A stretch of DNA of 64,000 nt from Bdellovibrionales bacterium (GTDB lineage: Bacteria; Bdellovibrionota; Bdellovibrionia; Bdellovibrionales; UBA1609). Position numbers and translations under genes: made by a program. The notes under the pieces are model-generated. The model did no database searches. It had not been told where the DNA came from and saw only the letters and a program-made list of their open reading frames with translations. Below are positions 55,719 to 64,000 of the stretch, in pieces (the first letter of the stretch is position 1; each line of letters starts with the position of its first letter). Location of the stretch: the NCBI GenBank assembly GCA_041690295.1, contig JAWLHR010000007.1, positions 1-64,000 of the forward strand, read 5' to 3'.

Positions 55719-56084
55719 TTGACGACGAGCCCAAGTCCGCGCGTGAAAAGGATCGAGAGTGAAATCCTTCAGATCCTTTCACGTCACTTATTGCATGGTA
55801 TGAAACAGCCCCTTCCGTGTTACGCTTCGATCACCGCGGTCGAAGTGAAACCGGATTTGCGTTCAGCGCGCGTGTTTTTCCGTCTGGTGGGAAGCGTGAA
55901 CCCGGTGAACGAGGCCAAGGAAATTCTGGCGTCGGAACGCTCCTTGTTCCAAAAGGAACTCGCGCGTGAATTAAAAACCAAATTTTGTCCGGTTTTGAAA
56001 TTCGAGTTCGGCGTCGCGCCCCAGCTCGATGAAATCGACAAACTTTTGGAAAACCTGCGCCGCCCGATAGGACGTGAAGAGTGA
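55719..56084 (+). CDS. rbfA: Ribosome-binding factor A
   Basis: ITAVEVKPDLRSARVF and P.LKF; position after infB. Confidence 0.92.
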   Translation: MTTSPSPRVKRIESEILQILSRHLLHGMKQPLPCYASITAVEVKPDLRSARVFFRLVGSVNPVNEAKEILASERSLFQKELARELKTKFCPVLKFEFGVAPQLDEIDKLLENLRRPIGREE

Positions 56085-56995
56085 AAGTGGAACGTCATGG
56101 ACTCTTATTGGTTGATAAACCGGCTGATATCACCAGCCACGATGTCGTCGCCCGAGCGCGCAAAATTTTAAATCAGCGCCGGATCGGCCACACCGGAACG
56201 CTGGACCCCATCGCCACGGGATTAATGGTTCTGGTGCTGGGCGAGGCGACAAAACTTTCTGATTATTTAACCGCTGAAGATAAAACCTATCGCGTGCGCA
56301 TTCGCCTCGGTGTGCGGACCGATACCTTGGATCGCACGGGCCAAGTGATTGAAACCCGGCCCGTCGAGGTGAACGAGGCGCGAATTCGCGAAGAAGCCTT
56401 AAAGCTCCAAGGCCGGTTTGAGTGGCCTGTGCCCAAGTTTTCAGCGGTGAAGGTTGGCGGGCAGGCGCTTTACAAGATGGCTCGCCAGCAAACCGACCAA
56501 GCGGAAATGACCACGCCGGTCAAAGAGATGCGGTTTTGGGACCTGAAGATTCTTGAAGTGGGGCCAGATACCCTGGATCTGGAAATCACCTGCTCCAAGG
56601 GCAGCTATGTTCGCACTTGGGCGGATCAGTTGGGTCAACGCCTCGGATGCGGGGCCATGGTTGAGGAATTACGTCGAACCCGAGTGGGGGGCTTTTCGGT
56701 GGCCGATTCCGCGGCGCTCTCCGAGGACATGAACTTGGATAGGGCCTTTATTAAAATGGCGGATGCCCTCCCGTCCTATCGAGCCCTGATCGCCGATGAC
56801 AGGGAAGCGGCATTAATGGCCAACGGGCAAGTGCCCAAAGAAATGATGGGTCGCTTGATTCCTGAGCAAAAGCAGGCCTTTGAAAGCAATGATCCGGTCT
56901 ACGTGAAGGTGGTTTCCAAACGGGGGGATTTGCTCGCTTTGCTCGCCGCCGAACCTGGACAAGGTCTTAAAATCCGAAGGGTTTTTAGGGTTTAG
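56081..56995 (+). CDS. truB: tRNA pseudouridine(55) synthase
   Basis: GHTGTLDP and CSKGSYVRT motifs. Confidence 0.98.
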   Translation: MKVERHGLLLVDKPADITSHDVVARARKILNQRRIGHTGTLDPIATGLMVLVLGEATKLSDYLTAEDKTYRVRIRLGVRTDTLDRTGQVIETRPVEVNEARIREEALKLQGRFEWPVPKFSAVKVGGQALYKMARQQTDQAEMTTPVKEMRFWDLKILEVGPDTLDLEITCSKGSYVRTWADQLGQRLGCGAMVEELRRTRVGGFSVADSAALSEDMNLDRAFIKMADALPSYRALIADDREAALMANGQVPKEMMGRLIPEQKQAFESNDPVYVKVVSKRGDLLALLAAEPGQGLKIRRVFRV

Positions 56996-57147
56996 ACAAG
57001 GCTTTCCTTGACCTTTTAGCCCCGGTCCTACTAAATCAAATTCAATCGTTAGCAAGGCCCCGCAATCGGCGGGTTTGCTCATTTACGACTCAAAGGTGCG
57101 ACCGCCAAACGCCCCGAGGGTCTCACAATTTTTTGGAGGAATCTCCC

Positions 57148-57417
57148 ATGGCACTAATGAAAGAACAAAAAGAGGAAATCGTTAAGAAGTTCCAACGAAG
57201 TGAGTTAGACACCGGTTCCTGCGAAGTGCAGGTGGCATTGTTGACCAGCCGAATTGAAAATCTGTCCCAGCATTTTCAAGATCATAAAAAGGACGTCCAT
57301 TCCCAGCGTGGTCTGGTGAAGTTGGTGAATCAACGCCGGAAGCTTTTGGCCTATTTAAAGCGCACAGATAACGCGCGTTACGTTAAGCTGATTAACGACC
57401 TTGGTTTACGCAAATAA
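57148..57417 (+). CDS. rpsO: 30S ribosomal protein S15
   Basis: [29 protein letters not shown]; 89 aa. Confidence 0.98.
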   Translation: MALMKEQKEEIVKKFQRSELDTGSCEVQVALLTSRIENLSQHFQDHKKDVHSQRGLVKLVNQRRKLLAYLKRTDNARYVKLINDLGLRK

Positions 57418-57437
57418 AAAACAAAGAAAGATAATCA

Positions 57438-59552
57438 ATGAACAAAATTACGGTATCTGGCCGCTTTCTCGATAGTACAGTGACAATTGAAACCGGCCGC
57501 CTGGCCAAACAGGCCGATGGTTCGGTGGTGGTGAGCTCCGGAAACAACATGGTTTTAGTGACCGTGGTTTCCAGCAAAGAAGAGTCCCAAGCCGATTTTT
57601 TTCCGCTCACGGTTGAATATCAGGAAAAATTCTATGCCACCGGTAAAATCCCCGGGGGTTATTTCAAGCGTGAAGGGCGGCCGACCACCAACGCCACACT
57701 GACCGCGCGATTGATTGACCGGCCGATCCGCCCGACCTTCCCGGAAGGGTATCGTCACGAAACCCAAATCATCGCCACCACTCTGAGTTTTGACGGCACA
57801 TTCCCGATTGAAGTTTTGGCGAGCTTGGGAGCGTCGGCGGCACTTCATATCAGTGACATTCCGTTCAATGGTCCCACGGCCGCCGTGCAAGTGGCGCGCA
57901 TCAACGGTCAATTCGTGGCCAATCCGTCGTCCGTCGATCTGGAAAAGTCGGACATGAATATCATCGTGGCCGGCACCAAGAACGGAATTTTGATGGTCGA
58001 GGGTGAGACCAAGTTCATCAGCGAAGCGGATGTATTGGCGGCTTTGAAGTTCGCCCATCAGGCGATCCAACCGGTGTTGGCCATGCAGGATGAGCTGCGG
58101 GTGAAAACCGGATCCAAGCCGAAACGTTCGTTCACGGTGACCGCGGTTGACGCTGACTTCGATCAGCCGGTGCGAGCTTTCCTCACGCCCCTCATCACCG
58201 AGGCGCTGCAAACGCGTGATAAACTCAAGCGTTACGAGGCCTATGATAAAGCCAAAGCCGAAGCGAAGCAGAAATTCGTGGAAGCCATCGCGGACGAAAA
58301 ATTAAAAGCTCAACGCGAGAAAGAATTGGGCCTGATCGTGGAAGATCTGAAGTACCGGATCAGCCGTGATCTCGTGCTCAAAACCGGAACCCGAATCGAC
58401 GGCCGCTCGACGACCGATATCCGTAACATTTGGTGTGAAGTCGGTTTGCTTCCGAGAGCTCACGGTTCAGGTTTGTTCACCCGTGGTGAAACCCAGGTCT
58501 TGGGAACCGTCACCTTGGGAACCGGCGATGACGAACAGATGATTGATGACCTGGCCGGTTTGACCCGCAAGAAGTTCATGCTTCATTACAACTTCCCGCC
58601 GTTTTCCGTTGGCGAGACGGGACGTGTGGGTTCGCAGAGCCGTCGCGAAGTCGGTCACGGCTTTTTGGCGGAACGGGCTTTGAAAGCGGTTTTACCGGAG
58701 TTCGAAAAATTCCCTTACACGGTTCGTATCGTTTCTGAAGTGCTCGAGTCGAATGGCTCCAGCAGTATGGGAACGGTTTGTTCGGGCACATTGGCGCTGC
58801 TTGATGCCGGTGTTCCGATCAAAGGAAACGTGGCCGGTATCGCCATGGGCTTAATCAAAGAAGGCGATCAGGTGGCGATCTTATCGGACATTCTCGGTGA
58901 TGAAGATCACCTGGGAGACATGGACTTCAAAGTCGCGGGCACCCGTAAAGGCGTGACCTCCTTGCAGATGGACATCAAGATCGACAGCATCACCTTCGAC
59001 ATTATGGAACAGGCCTTGAAGCAGGCGCACGAGGGACGAAACCACATTCTTAATGAAATGGAGAAAGTGATTTCGCAACCGCGTGGCGAGATTTCGCCGT
59101 ATGCGCCTCGTATCGAAACCATCAAGATCAAGCCGGATAAAGTGCGCGAAGTGATCGGCGCCGGCGGTAAGGTGATCAAAGGCATTATTGAAGAAACTGG
59201 AGTTAAAATCGACATCGAGGACGACGGAACCATTCACATCGCCTCGACGGATCCGAAAGCGGCTCAGCGGGCGATTGAAATCATCAATTCCATCTGCGCC
59301 GAGGCTGAAGTGGGCAAAGTCTATAAAGGAAAAGTCGTCAAAATCATGGATTTCGGCGCGTTCGTTGAGATTTTACCCAATAACAGCGGTCTTTTACACA
59401 TCTCGGAAATCGCCCATGAGCGCATCCGCAACGTCACGGACGTGCTTCACGAGGGTGATTCCATAGATGTGAAAGTATTGGATATCGATCGCTCCGGACG
59501 GATTAAACTTTCGCGTAAGGCGCTGCTTGAGCGGCCCTCGCAAAATAATTGA
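57438..59552 (+). CDS. pnp: Polyribonucleotide nucleotidyltransferase
   Basis: ETGRLAKQA, FTRGETQ and DHLGDMDFKVAG motifs; KH and S1 domains. Confidence 0.99.
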   Translation: MNKITVSGRFLDSTVTIETGRLAKQADGSVVVSSGNNMVLVTVVSSKEESQADFFPLTVEYQEKFYATGKIPGGYFKREGRPTTNATLTARLIDRPIRPTFPEGYRHETQIIATTLSFDGTFPIEVLASLGASAALHISDIPFNGPTAAVQVARINGQFVANPSSVDLEKSDMNIIVAGTKNGILMVEGETKFISEADVLAALKFAHQAIQPVLAMQDELRVKTGSKPKRSFTVTAVDADFDQPVRAFLTPLITEALQTRDKLKRYEAYDKAKAEAKQKFVEAIADEKLKAQREKELGLIVEDLKYRISRDLVLKTGTRIDGRSTTDIRNIWCEVGLLPRAHGSGLFTRGETQVLGTVTLGTGDDEQMIDDLAGLTRKKFMLHYNFPPFSVGETGRVGSQSRREVGHGFLAERALKAVLPEFEKFPYTVRIVSEVLESNGSSSMGTVCSGTLALLDAGVPIKGNVAGIAMGLIKEGDQVAILSDILGDEDHLGDMDFKVAGTRKGVTSLQMDIKIDSITFDIMEQALKQAHEGRNHILNEMEKVISQPRGEISPYAPRIETIKIKPDKVREVIGAGGKVIKGIIEETGVKIDIEDDGTIHIASTDPKAAQRAIEIINSICAEAEVGKVYKGKVVKIMDFGAFVEILPNNSGLLHISEIAHERIRNVTDVLHEGDSIDVKVLDIDRSGRIKLSRKALLERPSQNN

Positions 59553-59555
59553 TTC

Positions 59556-60839
59556 GTGAAGGCCTACAACTATAAGCCGATTTTTCAGAAGACAGTTCTT
59601 GATAACGGCGTGCGGGTCGTAACGGAAAACCATCCGTTCACGCGCGCTGCTTCGGTGGGTGTGTTCGTCGAAATCGGAACCCGCGACGAACCGGTTAAAA
59701 AGGCCGGGTTGACTCATTTTCTTGAGCATCTGGTTTTTAAAGGCACCCGCAAGCGCACGGCTCTCGACATCGCCAAAGTTCTGGACGCGGTGGGTGGCGA
59801 TCTTAACGCCTACACCACGCGGGAATACACGTGTTTTCACGCCACTTCATTGAAGGAACATTTGGATTTGAGTTTGGATGTGGTTTCCGACTTGGTGACC
59901 TCGGCCACTTTGGCGCGTGATGATTTCGGCAAAGAACGCGAAGTCATCGCCCAAGAAATTCAAATGTCCCGGGATAACTTGGAAGAATACATCCTGGATT
60001 TTTACTTGGAGCAGGTTTACGCCGGCCACGCCCTGGGAACTCCGATTTTGGGAACGGATGATACGCTCAAAGCCATGCGCCGCATGGATGTGGTTCGGCA
60101 TTACCGCTCTTCATTCCGAGGGCCCCGCATTATCGTCAGTGTGGCGGGTCCCGTGGAACACGATCAAGTGGTGAAGCTGGTTTCAAAAACGTTGGGGCGA
60201 CTTCCCCGGCGAACCAAGGCTTTAAGAAGAAAACCGCCACGGATCCGTAAATTCGAAGAGTTTTTGCCGCGCAATAGTGAACAGGTGCACATGATGGTGG
60301 GATTTCCATCCTGTTCCTATCGTTCACCCGCGCGATTTGATGCCATGGTGGTGAACGAAATCATCGGTGGCGGAGTGACGTCGCGCCTTTATCAAAAGAT
60401 TAGGGAAAATAAAGGACTCGTTTACAGCGTTTACAGTTTCTTACAATCCTTTGTCGATTCCGGTTTGTTCCTGATGTACGCCGGCTCCAGTGTGGAGAAT
60501 GCGCTGCCGGTGATGAAGGCGTTTCGCCGGGAAATCGAAAAGTTCATCGAGAACGGTATACGTGACCGTGAACTGGAAATGTTTAAGACCCAATTAAAAG
60601 GCCAGATTCTCCTCGGCGCCGAGGATATGGAGAACCGGATGAATTCCCTGGGAATCAACGAAATGGTTTTCGGTGAATACCGACCGGTGGACGAGGTGAT
60701 TCGGGACATTGAAAAGGTGAATCGAAAATCCGTGGCTGATTATGTGCGCAAATACTTTGATATGGATTCAGTCTCGCTTATGGTTATGGGAGATCTTCAG
60801 CCGGCGGACGCGCTGAAGCTATTCCAAGTCTGGGAGTAA
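59556..60839 (+). CDS. M16 family zinc peptidase
   Basis: HFLEH inverted zinc motif, NAYT, SRLYQKIRE..GLVY. Confidence 0.95.
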   Translation: MKAYNYKPIFQKTVLDNGVRVVTENHPFTRAASVGVFVEIGTRDEPVKKAGLTHFLEHLVFKGTRKRTALDIAKVLDAVGGDLNAYTTREYTCFHATSLKEHLDLSLDVVSDLVTSATLARDDFGKEREVIAQEIQMSRDNLEEYILDFYLEQVYAGHALGTPILGTDDTLKAMRRMDVVRHYRSSFRGPRIIVSVAGPVEHDQVVKLVSKTLGRLPRRTKALRRKPPRIRKFEEFLPRNSEQVHMMVGFPSCSYRSPARFDAMVVNEIIGGGVTSRLYQKIRENKGLVYSVYSFLQSFVDSGLFLMYAGSSVENALPVMKAFRREIEKFIENGIRDRELEMFKTQLKGQILLGAEDMENRMNSLGINEMVFGEYRPVDEVIRDIEKVNRKSVADYVRKYFDMDSVSLMVMGDLQPADALKLFQVWE

Positions 60840-60842
60840 GAG

Positions 60843-61454
60843 ATGGAACTCAGTCAGTTCAAGAAATCCGTTCAGGAAATTAGTCGCATGGTGGGCGCTT
60901 TGGTCGAGGAAAAACTCGGTGAACGCTCCCAACTTGAAGAGCAAGTCCGTTCCATGGCCCGTCAGGTGGAAAAAGTGGTGACCGAAGCGCTTTGGAGCCG
61001 CGGATCGGAAAAGGTCAAAATCAAATTTAAAAAGCTGGAGAACTTCAAAGGTGAACTTCCGTCCTACGCGACGGCGCTCGCCTCGGGAATGGACGTGCGG
61101 GCCTGCCTCAGTGAGCCTGTCACTTTGAAACCGGGTGAGCGGACACTGATTCCCACCGGATTGTCGGTTGAAATTCCCCGCGGATACGAGATTCAGGTTC
61201 GCCCCCGCAGCGGATTGGCCATCAAAAAGGGCCTTTCCCTGGTGAACACGCCGGGAACCATCGATGCGGATTATCGCGGCGAAATCAAAGTGATTGTGAT
61301 CAACCTCGGACAAGAGCCCATCGTCATCGAGGATCAGGAACGAATCGCCCAATTGGTGGTGGCACCGGTGGTTTTGGCCGAGATCGAAGAAGTCGACGGT
61401 TTGGATGAGACCGAACGCGGTGAGGGCGGTTTCGGCAGCACGGGACAAAATTAA
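60843..61454 (+). CDS. dut: dUTPase with an N-terminal helical extension
   Basis: [27 protein letters not shown] and [10 protein letters not shown] motifs. Confidence 0.95.
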   Translation: MELSQFKKSVQEISRMVGALVEEKLGERSQLEEQVRSMARQVEKVVTEALWSRGSEKVKIKFKKLENFKGELPSYATALASGMDVRACLSEPVTLKPGERTLIPTGLSVEIPRGYEIQVRPRSGLAIKKGLSLVNTPGTIDADYRGEIKVIVINLGQEPIVIEDQERIAQLVVAPVVLAEIEEVDGLDETERGEGGFGSTGQN

Positions 61455-62092
61455 TCTTCGCCGCCTGACTCGAACTTCAGTTCTTTTTCCAGGATATCCA
61501 GGGACTCCGGGGTGGCTTTCATGCGCATGGAGTCTTTGCGCACATTCACGCGTGCGATCTGCCAAACCGACGAGATAAAGAACACGGCGAACACGGCCCA
61601 GAAAATTCGTTTTAACCGTATCCGGTTCACGCCGAAGTTGCTGACGAAGCCCACGTAGAGAAGAAGCAATGAGGCCGCCAGACCCACCAGATTCACCAAT
61701 GGAACGAACTTCGCCACGATCCCCGCGAGCTGGGAGGGAATGGCGGCGAAAACCAAGTGGGTGTAAATCGGTTTGATTCCAATCTCGAGATTAAAGAAGA
61801 ACTTGAACAAGTAATAGAAAATACCGCTGACAACTCCAGTGACGATCAATGCCGCCAGCGGCGACAGAACGATGTCGATGACAAAACCCATCGCGTCCCG
61901 CTCGACGATGTTCGTCAGCATCCCGCTGGCCAAGGCCAGGGCCGCTTGCAAGAGAAGCAACGTGATCCATTCCCAATCGGGAAGCTCCCGCATGCCTTGG
62001 ACAGGATTGCGAAAGAAATTGGGGAGCGCGAGGAGCGCTTTGCGCAGTTCAGATTTGATGCCCGGCCAGGTGTACGTATTAAAAGGTTGCAT
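61451..62092 (-). CDS. Yip1-like membrane protein
   Basis: FFRNP N-terminal motif followed by about five TM segments. Confidence 0.7.
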   Translation of the reverse strand: MQPFNTYTWPGIKSELRKALLALPNFFRNPVQGMRELPDWEWITLLLLQAALALASGMLTNIVERDAMGFVIDIVLSPLAALIVTGVVSGIFYYLFKFFFNLEIGIKPIYTHLVFAAIPSQLAGIVAKFVPLVNLVGLAASLLLLYVGFVSNFGVNRIRLKRIFWAVFAVFFISSVWQIARVNVRKDSMRMKATPESLDILEKELKFESGGED

Positions 62093-62185
62093 TCATTCTT
62101 AGTGTCGCATTAAACGCCCTGCGGTCAATTGAATCAGAGATCATTGATGAACGATACGACACGTCGAGCCCAGTTCGACATGGCA

Positions 62186-63130
62186 TCAGCCTCCGCTGAT
62201 GATCACTTTTCCGTCTTTTCCCTTCATGGTCGAGCACTTTGTGGCGTTCGGGGCCGCACCGCCGGAGTCGGCTTCACCGAGACCGCCTTTGCCTGTGTCA
62301 TCAGGTTGAGGATTGCCGGGGTTTTCCTGGCTACCGTTTTGTGAACTGCCACCCGAGGGGACAAGGCAGGCTCCGCCGCCACCACCACCTCCCATGTCGT
62401 TGTTGAAAGCGTTGGCGCCGTTCTGTCCGCATCCGGGGCCGCCGCCCGCGGCATAGCCGGTGAATCCGCCCTCGTCATCGTTGGAGCCGCCACCACCGCC
62501 GCCGGCGATCAGCAGATCGGTGCTGCCGCGCTTGATACCTGAGGCGCCCCCGCCGGCCCCACCGCCCCCGCCGTTACCAACCGTGCTGTTGTTTTTCGTA
62601 CCGCCCCCGCCGCCGCCATACTTTCCCGCGGCTCCGTTGAATCCCGCACCCATTCCGGTTCCCCCAGCGCCACCGGATCCTGTGCCTCCACCGGCCTGTG
62701 GCGCCTGGGTGCCGAGCGCTCCGGCGCCCCCGGAATAAATACCGGTGCCACCGGGCGGACGGCTCGAACCGTTACACCAACCGCCGGTGCCACCTTTTCC
62801 GACGTAAACCGCGAGAGTTTCTCCGGGAGTGGCGGTTAAGGTCGCGGTGACATATCCGCCGCCGCCGCCTTTTCCGCCTTTTGCATTATTATTTTTATCG
62901 CCGTAGCCACCGCCGCCGCCTCCGCCCCAAGCTTGCACGGTGATCTGAGTGCAACCGGCGGGAACTTGCCAACTGAGATTATCGGAAGTGAATTCGGTCG
63001 AAAAGGGCGCGCAACCGCCTCCGCTTTGATCTTGCGTCCAAAATGCAAAAGGGAAGATGTTTTTGGCATAAAGAGCCGAGCTGAATCCGGCTAGTAACGT
63101 GATCATGAGAAACTGCAAATTCAACCTCAA
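62186..63130 (-). CDS. Secreted glycine-rich domain protein
   Basis: Signal peptide; WQVPAG..ITVQAWGGGGGGG, TPGETLAVYVGKGG, LLIAGGGGG and GKDGKVIIS framework. Confidence 0.85.
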   Translation of the reverse strand: MRLNLQFLMITLLAGFSSALYAKNIFPFAFWTQDQSGGGCAPFSTEFTSDNLSWQVPAGCTQITVQAWGGGGGGGYGDKNNNAKGGKGGGGGYVTATLTATPGETLAVYVGKGGTGGWCNGSSRPPGGTGIYSGGAGALGTQAPQAGGGTGSGGAGGTGMGAGFNGAAGKYGGGGGGTKNNSTVGNGGGGGAGGGASGIKRGSTDLLIAGGGGGGSNDDEGGFTGYAAGGGPGCGQNGANAFNNDMGGGGGGGACLVPSGGSSQNGSQENPGNPQPDDTGKGGLGEADSGGAAPNATKCSTMKGKDGKVIISGG

Positions 63131-63267
63131 CGTCGTTCTATAAGGCTTAGAACTCTACCGGTGAAAACAAATTTACCATCGGGATTTGTCAGCGCGCAAA
63201 CCACTCCCGCAATTTCATTCGATAGTCTTGCGAACTTCAAAGCACTGCGTTTTCGTGCGGGAGGGCT

Positions 63268-63918
63268 TTAGAAGGTGGCGTTCATTCTCAGTGTGGCATT
63301 GAACGCTCGGCGATCAATGGAATCAGAGACCATTGAGGATCGATAAGAAACGTCAGGACCAAAGGTGAGATTGTGGGTGACTTTTCTTTCGACGCCCAGA
63401 AAGAAAGTGCTGGCCGGGGTGGACGACGCATACTCATTCCGGAACTCACCGCTACGCGCGCTCAATTGCAGGTCGCGCGCGGCGAAGCCGCCACCCAACC
63501 GGAAGTTCATTTTGTCGTTGACCATGGGTAAGAACACCACACGGAGTTCGAATTCCTTTAAATCGGCGCTGACACCCGAGGCGATGGGTTCTTTGGCGTA
63601 CGTACGAAATAAAAATTCCGCGCGCGCTTTACGCGAGAAAATGTTCATGCCGACGTGGGCTTCGATTCCTTTAAGAATACCCGACCCGGAAATGCCGTCG
63701 GGAGTTTCAAAGCTCAAAGTTTCGGCCGTGAGCCCCATTCCCGCGTGGAGGGCGACGGCTTCCCATTCCAGATCGCTTTCCGGCTTCGTTGGTTGTTCGG
63801 CCGTGGCGCGGAGTTCGGCGACGATATCGTCGTAACTGGTATAGGACTCCTCGTCCGCCGCGACATTGGTCGAGCCGAGAAGAATCAAAACAAGTATCAT
63901 CGTTCGTGGCGATAACAT
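63268..63918 (-). CDS. Outer-membrane beta-barrel protein
   Basis: Signal peptide, acidic helix, amphipathic strands, terminal Phe. Confidence 0.75.
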   Translation of the reverse strand: MLSPRTMILVLILLGSTNVAADEESYTSYDDIVAELRATAEQPTKPESDLEWEAVALHAGMGLTAETLSFETPDGISGSGILKGIEAHVGMNIFSRKARAEFLFRTYAKEPIASGVSADLKEFELRVVFLPMVNDKMNFRLGGGFAARDLQLSARSGEFRNEYASSTPASTFFLGVERKVTHNLTFGPDVSYRSSMVSDSIDRRAFNATLRMNATF

Positions 63919-64000
63919 GTAAAAACCCCCACGTTTTATTCTAGCAAAACTCGTCTTTTCTGAAAGATCCCGTCCTGTAGAATAGGACCTATGAAACATG

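Noticed and set aside
51940..61565. Long antisense ORFs opposite nusA, infB, pnp and dut (e.g. 51940-53001, 53637-54587, 60819-61565)
   Set aside because: They are typical shadow ORFs caused by codon bias of conserved genes and show no protein-like motifs. The same applies to shadows over tamAB, mrdA and the proteases.

Overview
Bacterial chromosomal window whose gene content and neighbourhoods (TPR-tamB-tamA next to efp and ruvCAB, many secreted proteases, small outer-membrane beta-barrels, a PilZ fusion) suggest a Bdellovibrionota-type predator. That placement is inferred from gene content only. Core blocks: efp, ruvCAB, lpxC-ald, split comEC / TPR-LysM-dprA, kdsA-like-lptF, trxA, mreC-mreD-mrdA-rodA, ppiD-like, tRNA-Leu(CAA), and rimP-nusA-infB-rbfA-truB-rpsO-pnp-M16 peptidase-dut. 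Accessory genes are mostly exported proteins. An IS1-like transposase ORF, absent from the ORF track, runs off the left edge. I saw no CRISPR array, rRNA, integrase or prophage, and no single large novel operon that I can support. The best leads are: a subtilase-GGC-TM-PilZ fusion; two secreted enzyme + translationally coupled small partner pairs (lysozyme-like/DUF1402-like and M13-like); a tandem pair of Cys-rich secreted paralogues behind a GTCTCA-N3-TGAGAC palindrome; a KdsA with altered substrate motifs; a polyglycine adhesin-like protein; a dUTPase with an N-terminal extension; a sigma54-type promoter driving a 50-aa protein; and a perfect 42-bp intergenic palindrome. All family assignments are by eye; no searches were run.
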